A stretch of DNA of 56,302 nucleotides from a virus, in the UHGV virus genome UHGV-0090450. One strand, written 5' to 3'. Below are positions 27,731-40,157 of the stretch, piece by piece. The position numbers and the translations under genes are program-made. Under the pieces are notes generated by a model. That model worked only from the letters and a program-made list of their open reading frames with translations, ran no database searches and was not told the origin of the DNA. Each line of letters opens with the position of its first letter. Position 1 is the first letter of the stretch.

Positions 27731-28806
27731 ACGACAATGTCACGCTACGGGTAAATGGCCGGGAGTGGAATGGCTGGACATCGGTGCGCATCGGTGCCGG
27801 TATTGAACGGCTGGCACGGGATTTCAGTATGGAGATCACCCGCCAGTGGCCGGGAGATGAGGGTATCACCACGCTTCAGCCGCGTATTAAAAACGGTTCA
27901 AAAGTGGAAGTTCTGATTGGTGATGAGCTGGTGATCACCGGCTGGGTGGAGGCGACGCCCGTTCGTTACGATGCCCGTTCGGTCAGCACCGGTATTGCCG
28001 GACGCAGTCTGACCGCTGACCTGATTGACTGTGCAGCCGAACCGACACAGTTTAACGGACGATCGCTGGTACAGATTGCGCAGGCGCTTGCTGCGCCTTT
28101 CGGCATTGAGGTGGTGAACAACGGTGCGCCGTCGGGTGTTATTCCGGATGTCCAGCCTGATCACGGCGAAACGGTGATCGAGGTGATCAACAAAATACTC
28201 GGTCAGCAGCAGGCACTGGCTTACGACGACCCGCACGGCAGGCTGGTGATTGGCGGTATTGGCTCAACGCGGGCACATACCGCGCTGGTACTTGGGGAAA
28301 ACATCCTTTCCTGTGATACGGAGAAGAGTATCCGGGAGCGGTTTTCAGTTTACCAGGTGGCGGGGCAGCGTGCCGGAAATGACGATGATTTCGGTGAGGC
28401 CACCACCACCGCGCTGCGGGCCCGCACAGAAGACGCATTTATTGCCCGTTACCGTCCGATGTATATCAGGCAGACAGGGCAGGCTACGGGGGCAGGCTGT
28501 ATTGCCCGTGCGGACTTTGAAGCCCGGCAACGGGCGGCGCGGACGGATGAAACCACCTATGTGGTGCAGGGCTGGCGACAGGGTAACGGTACGCTGTGGC
28601 AGCCCAACCAGCGGGTGATTGTCTTCGATCCGGTCTGTGGTTTCGACAATACCGAACTGCTTGTCTCGGAAGTCACGTTTACTCAGGACCAGAACGGCAC
28701 CCTGACGGAAATCCGTGTCGGCCCACCTGATGCTTATCTGCCTGAACCCGAAGCCCCCGGCGCGCGGAAAAAGAAAAAAGCCAGAGTACAGGAGGACCCG
28801 TTCTGA
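27727..28806 (+). CDS. baseplate hub protein (Mu P / gp44-like)
   Basis: Position and size. Confidence 0.75.
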   Translation: MNDNVTLRVNGREWNGWTSVRIGAGIERLARDFSMEITRQWPGDEGITTLQPRIKNGSKVEVLIGDELVITGWVEATPVRYDARSVSTGIAGRSLTADLIDCAAEPTQFNGRSLVQIAQALAAPFGIEVVNNGAPSGVIPDVQPDHGETVIEVINKILGQQQALAYDDPHGRLVIGGIGSTRAHTALVLGENILSCDTEKSIRERFSVYQVAGQRAGNDDDFGEATTTALRARTEDAFIARYRPMYIRQTGQATGAGCIARADFEARQRAARTDETTYVVQGWRQGNGTLWQPNQRVIVFDPVCGFDNTELLVSEVTFTQDQNGTLTEIRVGPPDAYLPEPEAPGARKKKKARVQEDPF

Positions 28807-29354
28807 TGAGGACGATTGAAGCCATGCAGCGACAACTCCTCGGCCTGATTGGGCGGGCCGTGGTGAAAAGCATCAGTGCCGCCACGAAATGTCAGACCGT
28901 GGATGTGTCCCTGATTGCCGGTGAACCCAAAGCCGGGGTTGAACATCTTGAACCCTACGGTTTTACCGCAAGGGCAAACAGCGGTGCGGAAGCGGTGGTG
29001 TTGTTTCCGGATGGCGATCGTTCTCATGCGGTGGTTGTTACGGTGTCGGACCGGCGCTACCGCCTGAAAGGGCTGCAGACGGGTGAGGTGGCTGTCTATG
29101 ACGATCAGGGGCAGTCCGTGACGCTGACCCGGGAGGGGATCGTGGTGGACGGTGCAGGTAAAACGATCACGTTTCGCAATGCACCTGAAGCACGTTTTGA
29201 AATGGACCTTGAAGTGACCGGACAGGTGAAAGACCTGTGCGACTCCGGCGGCACCACCATGTCAGCGATGCGGCTTGCCTATAACGGGCATCGTCACAGA
29301 GAGAACGGTCAGGGCAGTAACACCGACAAACCTGATAAAGCGATGGAGGCATGA
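28806..29354 (+). CDS. baseplate spike / assembly protein V (Mu gp45-like)
   Basis: Position and sequence character. Confidence 0.75.
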   Translation: MRTIEAMQRQLLGLIGRAVVKSISAATKCQTVDVSLIAGEPKAGVEHLEPYGFTARANSGAEAVVLFPDGDRSHAVVVTVSDRRYRLKGLQTGEVAVYDDQGQSVTLTREGIVVDGAGKTITFRNAPEARFEMDLEVTGQVKDLCDSGGTTMSAMRLAYNGHRHRENGQGSNTDKPDKAMEA

Positions 29355-29779
29355 TGGAACTGTGGCTGACGGTGAACGGTAAACGCACCTGCGCCAGCGC
29401 ACCGCTGGATCCGCTGACCCGCGCCGTGGTGATTTCCCTGTTTACCTGGCGGCGGGCGGAGCCTGATGACAATGCCGACGTCCCGATGGGATGGTGGGGG
29501 GATACCTGGCCTACGGTACAGAATGACCGTTACGGCTCCCGACTGTGGCTGCTTCAGCGCAGCAAACTGACCAATCAACTGGTGCAGACGGTAAGGGGGT
29601 ATATCCGCGAATGCCTGCAATGGATGATTGATGACGGCGTGGTGTCCCGCATTGATCTGGATATCCGCCGCACCGGGATTAATGAACTGGGTAACAGTAT
29701 CACTCTCTGGCGTCGTGACGGACCGGTAATGATTTCTTTTGATGATCTGTGGAGTGCGATAACGCATGGCGGACAGTGA
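29351..29779 (+). CDS. baseplate protein (Mu gp46-like)
   Basis: Position. Confidence 0.7.
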   Translation: MMELWLTVNGKRTCASAPLDPLTRAVVISLFTWRRAEPDDNADVPMGWWGDTWPTVQNDRYGSRLWLLQRSKLTNQLVQTVRGYIRECLQWMIDDGVVSRIDLDIRRTGINELGNSITLWRRDGPVMISFDDLWSAITHGGQ

Positions 29780-30824
29780 ATTTCAGCGCCCGACGCTGGC
29801 AGAAAATATCAGTATGCTCCGTAACGATTTATTCGCCAGGCTGGACGTCAGCGACACGCTCCGGCGCATGGATGAAGACGTGCGGGCAAAGGTGTATGCG
29901 GCGGCGCTGCATACGGTTTACGGGTACATCGATTATCTGGCAATGAACATGCTGCCTGACCTGTGCGATGAGTTCTGGCTGGCGCGACATGCTGCGATGA
30001 AACGGTGTCCGCGCAAGGGAGCCACGGTTGCCAGCGGGTATATGCGCTGGGAAGGTGTCAGCGATGGCCTGAAGGTGACTGCCGGGAGTGTTATTCAGCG
30101 CGATGACCTGGTGCAGTACACGACAACTGACGATGCAATCAGCTCCGGTGGTGTCCTGCGCGTGCCGATCGCCTGCTCAAGTGCAGGTGCGGTCGGTAAC
30201 GCTGACGACGGTACGACATTAATCCTGGTCACGCCGGTGAATGGTCTGCCGTCTTCCGGTGTGGCTGACACCCTGACAGGCGGATTTGATACTGAAGAGC
30301 TGGAAACTTGGCGCGCCCGCGTCATTGAGCGGTATTACTGGACGCCGCAGGGCGGGGCTGACGGGGACTATGTCGTCTGGGCTAAAGAAGTGCCTGGCAT
30401 TACCCGCGCATGGACATACCGACACTGGATGGGAACGGGGACTGTTGGTGTGATGATTGCCAGCAGTGACCTGATTAATCCCATTCCGGAAGAATCAACG
30501 GAAACGGCGGCAAGACAACATATCGGGCCACTGGCCCCGGTGGCAGGCTCTGATTTGTATGTGTTCAGGCCGGTGGCACATACGGTGGATTTTCATATCC
30601 GTGTGACGCCGGACACACCGGAAATACGGGCTGCCATCACCGCGGAGTTGCGTTCGTTCCTGCTGCGTGATGGTTATCCGCAGGGAGAACTGAAGGTGTC
30701 ACGTATTAGTGAAGCGATTTCCGGTGCGAACGGGGAATACAGCCATCAGTTGCTTGCACCGGCGGACAATATCACCATTGCGAAAAATGAACTGGCGGTT
30801 CTGGGGGCGATTTCATGGACGTGA
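29766..30824 (+). CDS. baseplate J-like protein (Mu gp47-like)
   Basis: 352 aa, position. Confidence 0.8.
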   Translation: MADSEFQRPTLAENISMLRNDLFARLDVSDTLRRMDEDVRAKVYAAALHTVYGYIDYLAMNMLPDLCDEFWLARHAAMKRCPRKGATVASGYMRWEGVSDGLKVTAGSVIQRDDLVQYTTTDDAISSGGVLRVPIACSSAGAVGNADDGTTLILVTPVNGLPSSGVADTLTGGFDTEELETWRARVIERYYWTPQGGADGDYVVWAKEVPGITRAWTYRHWMGTGTVGVMIASSDLINPIPEESTETAARQHIGPLAPVAGSDLYVFRPVAHTVDFHIRVTPDTPEIRAAITAELRSFLLRDGYPQGELKVSRISEAISGANGEYSHQLLAPADNITIAKNELAVLGAISWT

Positions 30825-31399
30825 CAAACGATGATTACATCCGTCTGTTGTCAGCACTGTTGCCGCCCGGTCCGGCGTGGTCAGCCAGCGATCCGGCGAT
30901 TGCCGGTGCGGCACCGTCATTAACCCGCGTTCATCAGCGTGCGGATGCCCTGATGCGGGAGCTGGATCCGCGCACCACCACCGAACTGATAAATCGCTGG
31001 GAGCGTCTGTGCGGCCTGCCGGATGAATGTATTCCCGCAGGGACACAGACCCTTCGCCAGCGTCAGCAACGACTGGATGCGAAGGTTAACCTGGCGGGCG
31101 GCATCAATGAGGATTTTTACCTTGCACAGCTTGCTGCCCTGGGCAGACCAGACGCTACCATCACGCGATACGACAAAAGCACGTTCACCTGCTCATCTGC
31201 CTGTACTGACGCGGTGAATGCGCCGGAATGGCGGTATTACTGGCGGGTCAACATGCCAGCCGCCACCAACACCACCTGGATGACATGTGGCGATCCCTGT
31301 GATTCCGCACTGCGTATCTGGGGGGACACCGTTGTCGAGTGCGTGCTTAACAAACTCTGCCCGTCGCATACCTACGTAATTTTTAAATATCCGGAGTAA
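30815..31399 (+). CDS. tail protein (Mu gp48 / DUF2313-like)
   Basis: Position. Confidence 0.7.
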   Translation: MDVTNDDYIRLLSALLPPGPAWSASDPAIAGAAPSLTRVHQRADALMRELDPRTTTELINRWERLCGLPDECIPAGTQTLRQRQQRLDAKVNLAGGINEDFYLAQLAALGRPDATITRYDKSTFTCSSACTDAVNAPEWRYYWRVNMPAATNTTWMTCGDPCDSALRIWGDTVVECVLNKLCPSHTYVIFKYPE

Positions 31400-31402
31400 T
31401 TC

Positions 31403-32329
31403 ATGCATCGTATAGACACGAAAACCGCGCAGAAGGATAAGTTCGGCGCGGGTAAGAACGGTTTTACCCGTGGTAACCCCCAGACCGGCACACCTGCCAC
31501 CGATCTGGATGATGACTACTTTGACATGTTGCAGGAGGAACTTTGCAGTGTTGTGGAGGCATCCGGTGCCAGTCTGGAGAAGGGGCGGCACGATCAGTTG
31601 CTTACCGCACTTCGCGCGCTGCTGTTAAGCCGCAAGAATCCGTTTGGCGATATCAAATCGGACGGCACGGTGAAAACGGCTCTCGAAAACCTTGGTTTGG
31701 GAGATACAAGCGGATACGTGGGACGCTGGGTGAATACCCGGGTTTTCACGTCATCAGGTACGTACACCCCGACGCCAGGAACAAAACGGATCAGGGTCAC
31801 AATAACGGGCGGCGGTGGCGGAGGGGGCGGCTGCAAGGCTATATCCAATAATGAAACGTTTTTCGGTGCTGGCGGTGGGGCCGGTGGAACAATAATTTCA
31901 ATAATGACCCCGACACAGAATAGTTATCCAGTCACTATCGGCGCAGGTGGGGCCGGTGGTGTTAGTGCGACGTACGGCATCAATGGCGGTAATAGCTTAT
32001 TCGCATCGTTAATTGCTCCTGGTGGCGCAGGCGGCGGAAAGTCAGGAGTCACAAACACAAACGGTGGTAACGGAGGTGTGCCGAGTACTGGCGGTATCAA
32101 CATCATTGGTGGAAATGGAGGCGACGGTCAGTCCGGAAATATCGGCGTCAGCGGTGAAGGCGGAACATCGTACTGGGGGGGCGGTGGACGCGCAGGCGCT
32201 GGCGGTGGTGTTAGTGGTAAGGCATATGGTTCAGGTGGCGGTGGCGCATACGATGCCGGCTATAGCGGAACCAGTATGACAGGCGGGAAAGGTGCTGCTG
32301 GGATTTGTATTATCGAGGAGTTTGCATAA
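31403..32329 (+). CDS. tail fibre protein with Gly-rich C-terminal domain
   Basis: Conserved fibre N-terminus, long GGxGG repeats. Confidence 0.8.
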   Translation: MHRIDTKTAQKDKFGAGKNGFTRGNPQTGTPATDLDDDYFDMLQEELCSVVEASGASLEKGRHDQLLTALRALLLSRKNPFGDIKSDGTVKTALENLGLGDTSGYVGRWVNTRVFTSSGTYTPTPGTKRIRVTITGGGGGGGGCKAISNNETFFGAGGGAGGTIISIMTPTQNSYPVTIGAGGAGGVSATYGINGGNSLFASLIAPGGAGGGKSGVTNTNGGNGGVPSTGGINIIGGNGGDGQSGNIGVSGEGGTSYWGGGGRAGAGGGVSGKAYGSGGGGAYDAGYSGTSMTGGKGAAGICIIEEFA

Positions 32330-32745
32330 TGAATGCGTCATATGCAGTTATTGAAAATGGGATGGTTGTGAATGTCATTGTCTGGGATGGCGAGGCTGAA
32401 TTCACAGTGCCGGATAATCAGCAGCTCATTGATATTTCTGATATCAGTGAGCATCCCGGAATCGGCTGGGGGTATTCAGACGGGGTATTTACTGCGCCGC
32501 TCCCTCCGGAACGTTCTCATGATGAACTGGTAGCTGACGCTGAACAGAAAAAACAGTCGCTGATAGACGCAGCAATGGCCAATATCAGCGTGATTCAGTT
32601 AAAGCTGCAGGCCGGGCGCAAACTGACGCAAGAAGAAACTACCAGACTTAACGTTGTGCTGGATTATATCGAGGCTGTGACGGCAACAGATACCAGCATT
32701 GCACCGGATATTGAGTGGCCGGATGAACCGTGCTTCGCTGAATAA
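32329..32745 (+). CDS. tail fibre assembly protein
   Basis: Start overlaps fibre stop (TAATG); track ORF begins at 32305. Confidence 0.7.
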   Translation: MNASYAVIENGMVVNVIVWDGEAEFTVPDNQQLIDISDISEHPGIGWGYSDGVFTAPLPPERSHDELVADAEQKKQSLIDAAMANISVIQLKLQAGRKLTQEETTRLNVVLDYIEAVTATDTSIAPDIEWPDEPCFAE

Positions 32746-32809
32746 AATCTGTTGAGGAGAAGCGGTTTAATTGTAACTCAATTCTTTTTGTGTAATAAAA
32801 GTAGGATAA

Positions 32810-32858
32810 AACTGTGACACATAAAGCCTCGCAATGGTTTGCAAGGCTTTGAACGCTT
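32810..32858. repeat. about 50-bp hairpin-containing repeat, copy 1
   Basis: ACAAAACTG(T/A)GACACATAA(A/G)GCCTCGCAATGG(T/C)TTGCAAGGCTTT; second copy at 40043-40090, direct orientation, about 90 percent identical. Confidence 0.65.
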
Positions 32859-33005
32859 CTATATTGAGGATGTGACGCGGTTTCGTTTATTTCCATTCTA
32901 TATATTGATGTCGATTTTTATGAATATAGAGCATACGGATAAACTGCAGTGTGATTAGAGTCAAAGTAATAGTTGTTGACTCTAATCATTGCAAAGTGAC
33001 TTTAC

Positions 33006-34073
33006 TTAATGAAATTTATCTCGGATGAATTGTTGCGATGGCTTTTCAATGAATATATATGACATATAGCTAATTGCCATTAATGTAAGCATGAATAAAA
33101 TGAATACCTTGGGGCTGTAAAAAAGATCGCGTCCATAGCCAATCTTGTCAGCTAAATAAACAACAATGATTTGCAAAGGAAAATGTAAAAGATAAGATGA
33201 ATAACTGATATCACCCAACCATTCAATTTTCTTCCCAAAATCGTTTCGTATTGCGCTAATTGATACAAGGAAAAAGATTATGGAGGTAAATCCGAATAAG
33301 ATAATTGAGAATATATCTGCTACTTGCAGGGTAAAGATAACTCCCCATGAGATCAATAGAAAAACACAAGCAAAAATAAAAAATAATTTTGCGCTAATAT
33401 TTTTTATGACCGCAATCGTAATTTTATAGGTCAGACCACCAATAAAGAAAGAGAATGCGCCGATCATTATGGGATTGTTAATTTTGAAAAAGTAGTACGA
33501 CAATGCAACTATTAAAATTGATATGAATGTTGTTTTTGATGTGAACTTGCATAATATAAAAAATATCATGTACATAAGTACTTCAATCGACACGGACCAT
33601 GTCGGGGCGTTGAAGGACCAACCTCGCTCAAATCCCCATGATTGAATCATCAATAAATTCAGAATGGCATGGTAAATGTCATTCATAGGATAAACAAAAA
33701 AATAATTATGACTTTTAAAGAAAATAATTTGTAATATTGCCACGACAGCAAATGTAAATATATAAAGTGGATATAATCTACTGACACGGTTAACTATAAA
33801 AGTTTTTGCTGAGGTTTTATTGCTGTGTATATTGTCAGCGTATAGATAAAAAAATATGAATCCAGAAATCATAAAAAACAATTCGACAGCATATAAACCG
33901 TAATGATAAAAAACGGAAAAAAATTCATAAAAAGGTTGGCGGTTTATGATTATGTCAGATGCAGCATTCTTTTTCATAAAAAAATGTTGCCAATGCCATA
34001 ACACAACGGAAAGTGCGGCAAATCCTCTCAGAACATCCAGGGTATATATTCTCTTCCCAAAAAAATTCGTCAC
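33006..34073 (-). CDS. acyltransferase family 3 integral membrane protein (O-antigen acetyltransferase-like)
   Basis: About 10 predicted TM helices; N-terminus LDVLRGFAALSVVLWHWQHFF; very AT-rich. Confidence 0.85.
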   Translation of the reverse strand: MTNFFGKRIYTLDVLRGFAALSVVLWHWQHFFMKKNAASDIIINRQPFYEFFSVFYHYGLYAVELFFMISGFIFFYLYADNIHSNKTSAKTFIVNRVSRLYPLYIFTFAVVAILQIIFFKSHNYFFVYPMNDIYHAILNLLMIQSWGFERGWSFNAPTWSVSIEVLMYMIFFILCKFTSKTTFISILIVALSYYFFKINNPIMIGAFSFFIGGLTYKITIAVIKNISAKLFFIFACVFLLISWGVIFTLQVADIFSIILFGFTSIIFFLVSISAIRNDFGKKIEWLGDISYSSYLLHFPLQIIVVYLADKIGYGRDLFYSPKVFILFMLTLMAISYMSYIFIEKPSQQFIRDKFH

Positions 34074-34623
34074 AACGAACCTCTTTTAATAAAGTCAAGT
34101 GATAATGAAAGATAAATATTGTAAACGAAAAAACACTGGACTGGAACATATATCTCTGCTTGTAATTTACCCAAGATAATTTTACTAACGCAGTCATAAT
34201 TCGTTCATGTATACCAGATGAAAGTACATGTTCTATGAAATAGGGTTTTGCCTGGAGTTTGAAGGTTTTTAACGATTATACCTGTTTAATCGACTCCCCA
34301 TGTTTTTTGACATTATCCACCGCACACGATACTGGATGCCAGGTAAACTGATTTGCTGGCATAAAGTCACTGAGAATTTTTTACCAACAATATCTTGCCA
34401 CATCTTTTCCCGCACAGTTTCGGCAATAGAATCAGCGGGCAGCGGTCATCAATATTCACCAGACATTGATCTGCCGCACTATCTGACCGGTGTCCTGCTG
34501 AGAATACTAATTTCTTTTTTTGCAAGTGCTGTCCAATCATGATTGGGGGGGGCCGGCGGAGTTGAAACCGCAGGTACGTTGTATGCAATAACGTGCTGCG
34601 GTTTAATCTTATCAATTGAATAC

Positions 34624-35493
<870 letters not shown>

Positions 35494-36032
35494 CTAACCC
35501 TTTGAATTTACATAGCGCAAAAAGATACCTTTCCTCATAATGTGAGCTAATTTTATGTTTCGTTTGATGATCGGATCGGTCTCGAAACCCGTAGCCACGT
35601 CGTATGCAAGAACGTGCTACGACTGGCTGGTGAACTTCCGATAGTGCGTGTATTGAATGATTTCCAACTGTTATCGATTTTGCGTATTTTTTGCATGAGA
35701 GGATTTTTACCTCCTCCCACCGATCCTCCATGGCTTTACGCCAGTGTCTCTGGTCTGCTATGTGCCAGAAGCGGAAGTTCCCACTATTATGCTCTGCATC
35801 GATACCGGGAAGGTACTTAAGTCCCCCGGTATTCACTGATATTATCCTCCAGCTACCGCAATGCCGCCCAATCTGGTATGGCTTAGCTAGCCAAGTAACT
35901 GCTGGCAGAAAGGCCTCTTCAAGCATACCATCCGGATTTACCGATGAGATTTCCCATCCAGCACGGAAATGATACTTTCTACTGACCCCAGATTTTTACT
36001 AAGACAATAAAGATACTGGATTCAATGAGGGG

Positions 36033-38597
36033 TTATTTCATAAGAGTGCGCCTTGTTTTGATCTGATCACGCCATTCTTTTAACGTGCTTATATCCGCTC
36101 GCAGCTCCTTATACTCTGGTATAGAAGCTGGCATTTCCGTCGACTGGCTGTGCTCATAACAGCTGTATTTAGTCATGAGGCTTTCAATCAATTTACAGTC
36201 TTCTGCAGTTATATCCTGTACATACGGAAGCCTTCCGTCAGTCTGGATTCCTCTTCTATGACGTATAACTACCCCGTTAAATAAATCCTCCTCGACAGAG
36301 CGCTCAATGAGTTTACGAAAATCACTGCAAACGCCCTGAGCTAGCCCACGGAAAGCTATTGCGCCATGTTCTTGTCCAGATTTGTAGGCTGAATCCAGCC
36401 TAGTCAGGAGAATGTTATTCGCTGATTTGGTATTCGCGTTCCAGACCTCCTGATCGGCAGGATGACCGGCAGCTCCATCAAATGATTCAATACATATCGA
36501 TTTATGGTGCTGCTTTTTCCATGGGTCTCCCTCTTTTCTTGCCAAATCTTCAATTACCCCGTAAAGGGAAAGTCTGTGCGTTAAAATAATCACCTGACGC
36601 GATTTAGCGAGTTCAACGAGGCGTTTAGCAACTTGCCACTCAAATTCGTGGTCCAGAGATGAAATAGGGTCATCAAAAATGAAGGGAGCAGATCCCGGCC
36701 GATCAGTGACATCGGCTAAAAATGCAGCCAGTGAGATAATCCTACGTTCTCCTTCACTCAGAACATTGTGCAACTTGTCCCGTTGCGCTCCTTTTAGCTG
36801 TAGCTGATGCAAAACTTTCGCATTTTCTGTCCTTATTTTCACAAGCTCAACCTGCAAGCCAGGAGCACCAAGAACTTTCAGCTCACGGTTGAATCTGGCG
36901 GCATAGGCTTCAGTGACAACTTTCTGAGTAATATCAGCAGATTTAGTTGATAATGCACGGGAAGCGGCAAGTGATATCCATTCATCAAATTCACTTCTTT
37001 TTTTTAAGCGTTCAACTTCGGCTCTGATAGCCTCGGCTTGACCAGATAACCACCGTCGAGCTTCGGCTTCGTTTTTATTCTGCAAAGCTTTGGCCCTGTC
37101 AAATCCTGCTGCATCTCTCTGAAACTGGTCGGCTTCTCCCTGAAGCCGGTCGCGGTAAGTACGTAAATTCGTGATAGCTTCGGTCAAATCAGCCAAAGGA
37201 ACTGCTGTCTGGGTAGCTTCATGCTCGGTGAGCGCCTGACGACTGAGGGATGCGGAACTCCATATTCCCGTTAGGTATTTATTCCATTCTTCCTGAATCG
37301 CAGCGCTTGCACAAAGGGTAGCAATTTCGGCCATTGAGGGAGGAATAGTTATCGAGCCGATTGCCTGAGCATACAGACACTCAGCTGTGGCAGCATCGCT
37401 CTCAAGACGTGATTGCACGAAAGCCTCAAGATTGTTCAGACGCTGCTGAGCTTCTGCGGATAGAGCCTGATTGCATAAAACACAACAGGCCTCATCTGTT
37501 GCCGGAAAAGCCTTGTCTGGATAGGGCGTCCTTGAATAGTCGCGAGCAGCTTCCCACATGGCACGCCATACAGGTGAGCCAATGCCCTCCAGTGAGTCAT
37601 CTTTTATTCGTTCACTATCAAGCGCAATTCTGCGCTTGCTGATGCTATCAGCACGTAACGCCCGAAGACAGTCGATATTTGACTGGCTAAAAGTCTTTGC
37701 CGTCTGCTCAAGTTGAGTGATGATCTGATTAACAGATGTTTGAACCGCAAGCTTGTTGCGGGCGTTCTCAGCCGGATCTTTAACGTTCAGACGTTCATTC
37801 AAGGCACTAAGCGCTTGCTCATCCGCCTCAGACCAGTTTGTCATCACTGCGATATTTTCGGTAGTTGCTGTACTTAGTGCACTATAGGTAGTGGCAATAT
37901 GACAACGCTGATAAACAGCAGGTAGTTCGGGAAGTTTGCTGACTAGCTGAGACTGTTCATCCCTTAGCTTATCGCGTACCAGTTTCAGGTACTGGGCCAG
38001 TTTTTCAAAAAGCCCCACCACACTCGGTATATAGGTAGCGGCACTCTCTTGGGTGAGATAATGCAGAGATTCATCCGTATCGAAGATATCAATGCCTTTC
38101 AGGGCATCGATCGGAGGGCTGTCAGCTGACCAGTCCGCTTCAGCATTGCTTTCATTCGCTTTCCATTTAATGTGGCAACTTCGCTCAGGTGGTAAGGGAT
38201 TAAAGACATTAGAGTTAAGCTGAGCTGCTCTAGGTTTTCCGGACATACGTTTGAGCACACGCGTATAGCTGGATTTACCGGACCCGTTATGGCCGTAAAT
38301 AACAGTCAGATTCCCTGAACCGAAATCGAGCGGTAAACGTGGAGCAAGGTTCTCAATACCCTTTACAGCTTCGATCCGACTTAACCTGAGTGTTCCAGAT
38401 CCCTGCTCTGCAGATGCTAGGCCTAGGAAAGTATGGTGTGTCGTTTTTGTTCGTCCATGGGGGGTCTTGAGTAAAGCAATAACCTGCTGAAGGTCATTAT
38501 CTGTCAGGTCATCCTGTTGAATGAGTCTTTCCGCTAGTTCCTGAAACCAGTCCTGCTGCTTTAACAGCCAGGCTATGATATCGGCCTTTACATCCAT
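36033..38597 (-). CDS. RloC-like ABC/SMC-type ATPase with coiled-coil insertion and CxxC zinc hook (AAA_13-like)
   Basis: Walker A VIYGHNGSGKSS, signature LSEGERRIISLAAFLA, Walker B FIFDDPISSLD, H-loop ILTHR, CVLC within the roughly 500-aa insertion; RBS AGGAGGG. Confidence 0.7.
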   Translation of the reverse strand: MDVKADIIAWLLKQQDWFQELAERLIQQDDLTDNDLQQVIALLKTPHGRTKTTHHTFLGLASAEQGSGTLRLSRIEAVKGIENLAPRLPLDFGSGNLTVIYGHNGSGKSSYTRVLKRMSGKPRAAQLNSNVFNPLPPERSCHIKWKANESNAEADWSADSPPIDALKGIDIFDTDESLHYLTQESAATYIPSVVGLFEKLAQYLKLVRDKLRDEQSQLVSKLPELPAVYQRCHIATTYSALSTATTENIAVMTNWSEADEQALSALNERLNVKDPAENARNKLAVQTSVNQIITQLEQTAKTFSQSNIDCLRALRADSISKRRIALDSERIKDDSLEGIGSPVWRAMWEAARDYSRTPYPDKAFPATDEACCVLCNQALSAEAQQRLNNLEAFVQSRLESDAATAECLYAQAIGSITIPPSMAEIATLCASAAIQEEWNKYLTGIWSSASLSRQALTEHEATQTAVPLADLTEAITNLRTYRDRLQGEADQFQRDAAGFDRAKALQNKNEAEARRWLSGQAEAIRAEVERLKKRSEFDEWISLAASRALSTKSADITQKVVTEAYAARFNRELKVLGAPGLQVELVKIRTENAKVLHQLQLKGAQRDKLHNVLSEGERRIISLAAFLADVTDRPGSAPFIFDDPISSLDHEFEWQVAKRLVELAKSRQVIILTHRLSLYGVIEDLARKEGDPWKKQHHKSICIESFDGAAGHPADQEVWNANTKSANNILLTRLDSAYKSGQEHGAIAFRGLAQGVCSDFRKLIERSVEEDLFNGVVIRHRRGIQTDGRLPYVQDITAEDCKLIESLMTKYSCYEHSQSTEMPASIPEYKELRADISTLKEWRDQIKTRRTLMK

Positions 38598-39120
38598 TAC
38601 TGCCCTCCTTCATTCATGACGATAAAGGAAGCGAAACTGAATGCGCCTCCCAGCACATTGCTACCACGCCCTAGTGTGTGGCGTTAAGAATCATCTGATA
38701 GTGCATCAGCCACTTGAGATGAGCAACACTTGATCAACAAAAATTGGCAATAGTGTATCCGTAATCCACAGTAAAATGCTCACGCTCCAGTAGATCCCGA
38801 AATGAAGTCTGCTCACTAAACGTCTGCGGGGACTTCGCTACAGGTTTGCAGACGAGGCATAAGTATCTTAACTTTTGGCGACTGGGCAGTGATATATAAA
38901 GGTGAGATTAAAATTATCCGAATGATTTCATCGCTATGATATTAGCCTTGATCAGTATCATAAAACCTAAGCCGTCCGCTGCTCGATCACAGTAACCGTG
39001 TTATTCATGGCCTGTCTGCAACCAAGCTTTCTTAGATCAGTGTGTGTTGAACAATGGGGGAACAGGTCATCATAAAGGCACTTAGGGATTTAAATTCCGA
39101 AAGTGCCTCTTATTAATTTT

Positions 39121-39657
39121 TTACTTAACAAGTTTAATTGTTATGCCTGAGTTAGGGCCAGGAGGAACGCCTAATGCTGTATCTACACCTGGGTTATTAC
39201 GTAAATCATCAAGAATTTCTTCCGGTCGGAACTTTTTCCCGATAACAGCTTGAGATTCAGGGCGTGGATTTTCTGAGTGTCTTGCTCGGTAAGCTTCAAC
39301 AAATTCAATTCCTTCTGCTATTGCTCGCGAGCTCAAGCCTCGGGCAAATAAACGATTGAATTCTCCTTCAGCTAAAGTTCGAGCGGCTGTGTGAGGAACT
39401 TTAGCCTGAATTATCTCAGTGCTATTAGGCTTTCTTCTAGGATAATGGGTGGCCAGTAATCCTCTATTTAGGATTTCTTGCTCAAGCCATGCATCATCAT
39501 GTTGAGATGCTTCTTCTAACAAAGAAGGCCACACAGTCTTACCTTGAGCAGTAAGAAAATTGCTTAAATAAAAACTGTTATTTTCTTTATCAAATTCAAT
39601 TTCTTTAAGCATAAATTTTTTGGTTGAATCATCCAAATCAATATAATTTAAAGACAT
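39121..39657 (-). CDS. hypothetical protein (178 aa)
   Basis: ATG at 39657 (MSLNYIDLDD) preceded by GAGGG; track ORF starts at 39711; palindromic operator-like sequence upstream. Confidence 0.5.
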   Translation of the reverse strand: MSLNYIDLDDSTKKFMLKEIEFDKENNSFYLSNFLTAQGKTVWPSLLEEASQHDDAWLEQEILNRGLLATHYPRRKPNSTEIIQAKVPHTAARTLAEGEFNRLFARGLSSRAIAEGIEFVEAYRARHSENPRPESQAVIGKKFRPEEILDDLRNNPGVDTALGVPPGPNSGITIKLVK

Positions 39658-40042
39658 AAAACCCTCTGCTATATGTAGAAAGAAAACTCCAACCGCACTA
39701 TTAAATTGCAAACCATCTTAAGCAATCATATCTTTTGATGCAAAAGGAAAATTTACCTTTTGCAAAAAGGTTTTTCTTATACCATGAAGTCAGCCCTAGT
39801 ATGGTAACGCACTCACTTGGGCCCTATTGATTAAGACAGCGATAGGTAAGTCATATTTTTATAAGTTATAAGAGCAACTGCGAACTTCCGCTCTTCGCTC
39901 ATAACAGACATAAACTTCAGTTATGGCATAAAGGTATGCATGCTGGGTGGGGAAAGTATGAAGGAAAAGAAGACTGCTGCGCCGTTTGTCGTCACGTTTA
40001 TCTTCATTGGCTATGCAAGTCGTAATACAAGGTGGGACAAAA

Positions 40043-40090
40043 CTGAGACACATAAGGCCTCGCAATGGCTTGCAAGGCTTTACATGTTTT
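40043..40090. repeat. about 50-bp hairpin-containing repeat, copy 2
   Basis: Matches 32810-32858. Confidence 0.65.
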
Positions 40091-40157
40091 GATGTGGTGG
40101 GACGTGTGAGCGCAGTATTGATGGGGTAATACTTTGAATTAGAAGCGGATTCTTATA

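Larger units (their letters stand above)
1..32745. mobile_element. Prophage (left end and integrase outside window): lambdoid early/lysis modules, HK97-like head, Mu-like contractile tail
   Basis: Gene order read from ORF translations: cI/cro, O-like, RusA, Q, holin-endolysin-spanins, HNH-TerS-TerL-portal-protease-capsid, sheath-tube-TMP-baseplate-fibre. True right boundary may extend to the tRNA fragment at 40158-40203. Confidence 0.85.

Noticed and set aside
31780-32290. GGCGGTGG-type tandem DNA repeats
   Set aside because: They lie within the tail-fibre coding frame and encode its Gly-rich domain, not an independent repeat element.
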